The notes under the pieces are model-generated. The model saw nothing but the letters and a program-made list of their open reading frames with translations, was not told the origin of the DNA and did no database searches. Of a stretch of DNA of 50,481 nt, positions 50,255 through 50,481 are shown one piece after another (position 1 is the stretch's first letter; every line of letters begins with the position of its first letter). This DNA is from Bradyrhizobium sp. (GTDB lineage: Bacteria; Pseudomonadota; Alphaproteobacteria; Rhizobiales; Xanthobacteraceae): positions 1-50,481 of the forward strand of contig NZ_JBAURI010000555.1 of assembly GCF_049581145.1 (NCBI RefSeq). Direction: 5' to 3'. A program made the position numbers and the translations under genes.

Positions 50255-50481
50255 ATGCTGAGCAGTGCGCACATGTCCACGCTAGACCGCATTCTCAACA
50301 CGGCGGCCGACAACTTCACGTTTGCGAAGATCCTGGTGCAACTCGGCCTCGATCCGAACAACATCACCTATGACGCGATCTTCAATCGCCTGCTGGAAAT
50401 CGTGCTGGCCAACATCACGCTTGCCAACATGTTTGCGCTGGTCGGCGCGATCTTCTTCGTCGCCACCCTGCTGACCCACAC
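50255..50481 (+). CDS. 5' part of a membrane-anchored protein, possibly with a cyclic-nucleotide-binding domain (truncated by window end)
   Basis: MLSSAHMSTLDRILNTAADNFTFAKILVQLGLDPNNITYDAIFNRLLEIVLANITLANMFALVGAIFFVATLLTH, open to the end. TTGACG-N18-TTATAT upstream (50173-50202). The cNMP guess is from memory of similar N-termini. Confidence 0.6.
   Translation, partial: MLSSAHMSTLDRILNTAADNFTFAKILVQLGLDPNNITYDAIFNRLLEIVLANITLANMFALVGAIFFVATLLTH

Overview
High-GC alphaproteobacterial chromosomal window; gene content and protein style suggest Bradyrhizobium or a close relative (inference). It is mostly a stress and carbon-storage locus. In order: the end of a 2-oxoacid:ferredoxin oxidoreductase beta gene; a TMEM143/DUF3754-like gene; prkA(yeaG)-yeaH-spoVR; a pentose-phosphate operon (tal-pgi fusion, gnd, zwf, pgl, gluconokinase, HAD); a ~2.9 kb apparent insertion carrying an HTH protein and a degenerate Fe(II)/2OG-dioxygenase-like protein; GH15 and malQ divergent from treS-glgB-glgX-treZ-treY; NHEJ ligD/ku; kdpFABCDE; and a cluster of small hypothetical genes with a DapA-like protein. 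Main observations: (1) a 50-bp operator/promoter architecture occurs four times with identical spacing, in front of kdp and three neighbouring transcription units of uncharacterised genes, suggesting an extended local KdpE regulon that includes a DapA homologue lacking its catalytic Lys; (2) glgE appears deleted to a 168-bp scar, and the maltokinase domain of TreS has lost its kinase motifs; (3) the two-gene insertion; (4) a second small membrane peptide upstream of kdpF; (5) several EcfG-type GGAAC-N16-nnTT promoters. All calls come from reading motifs by eye; no database searches were run.
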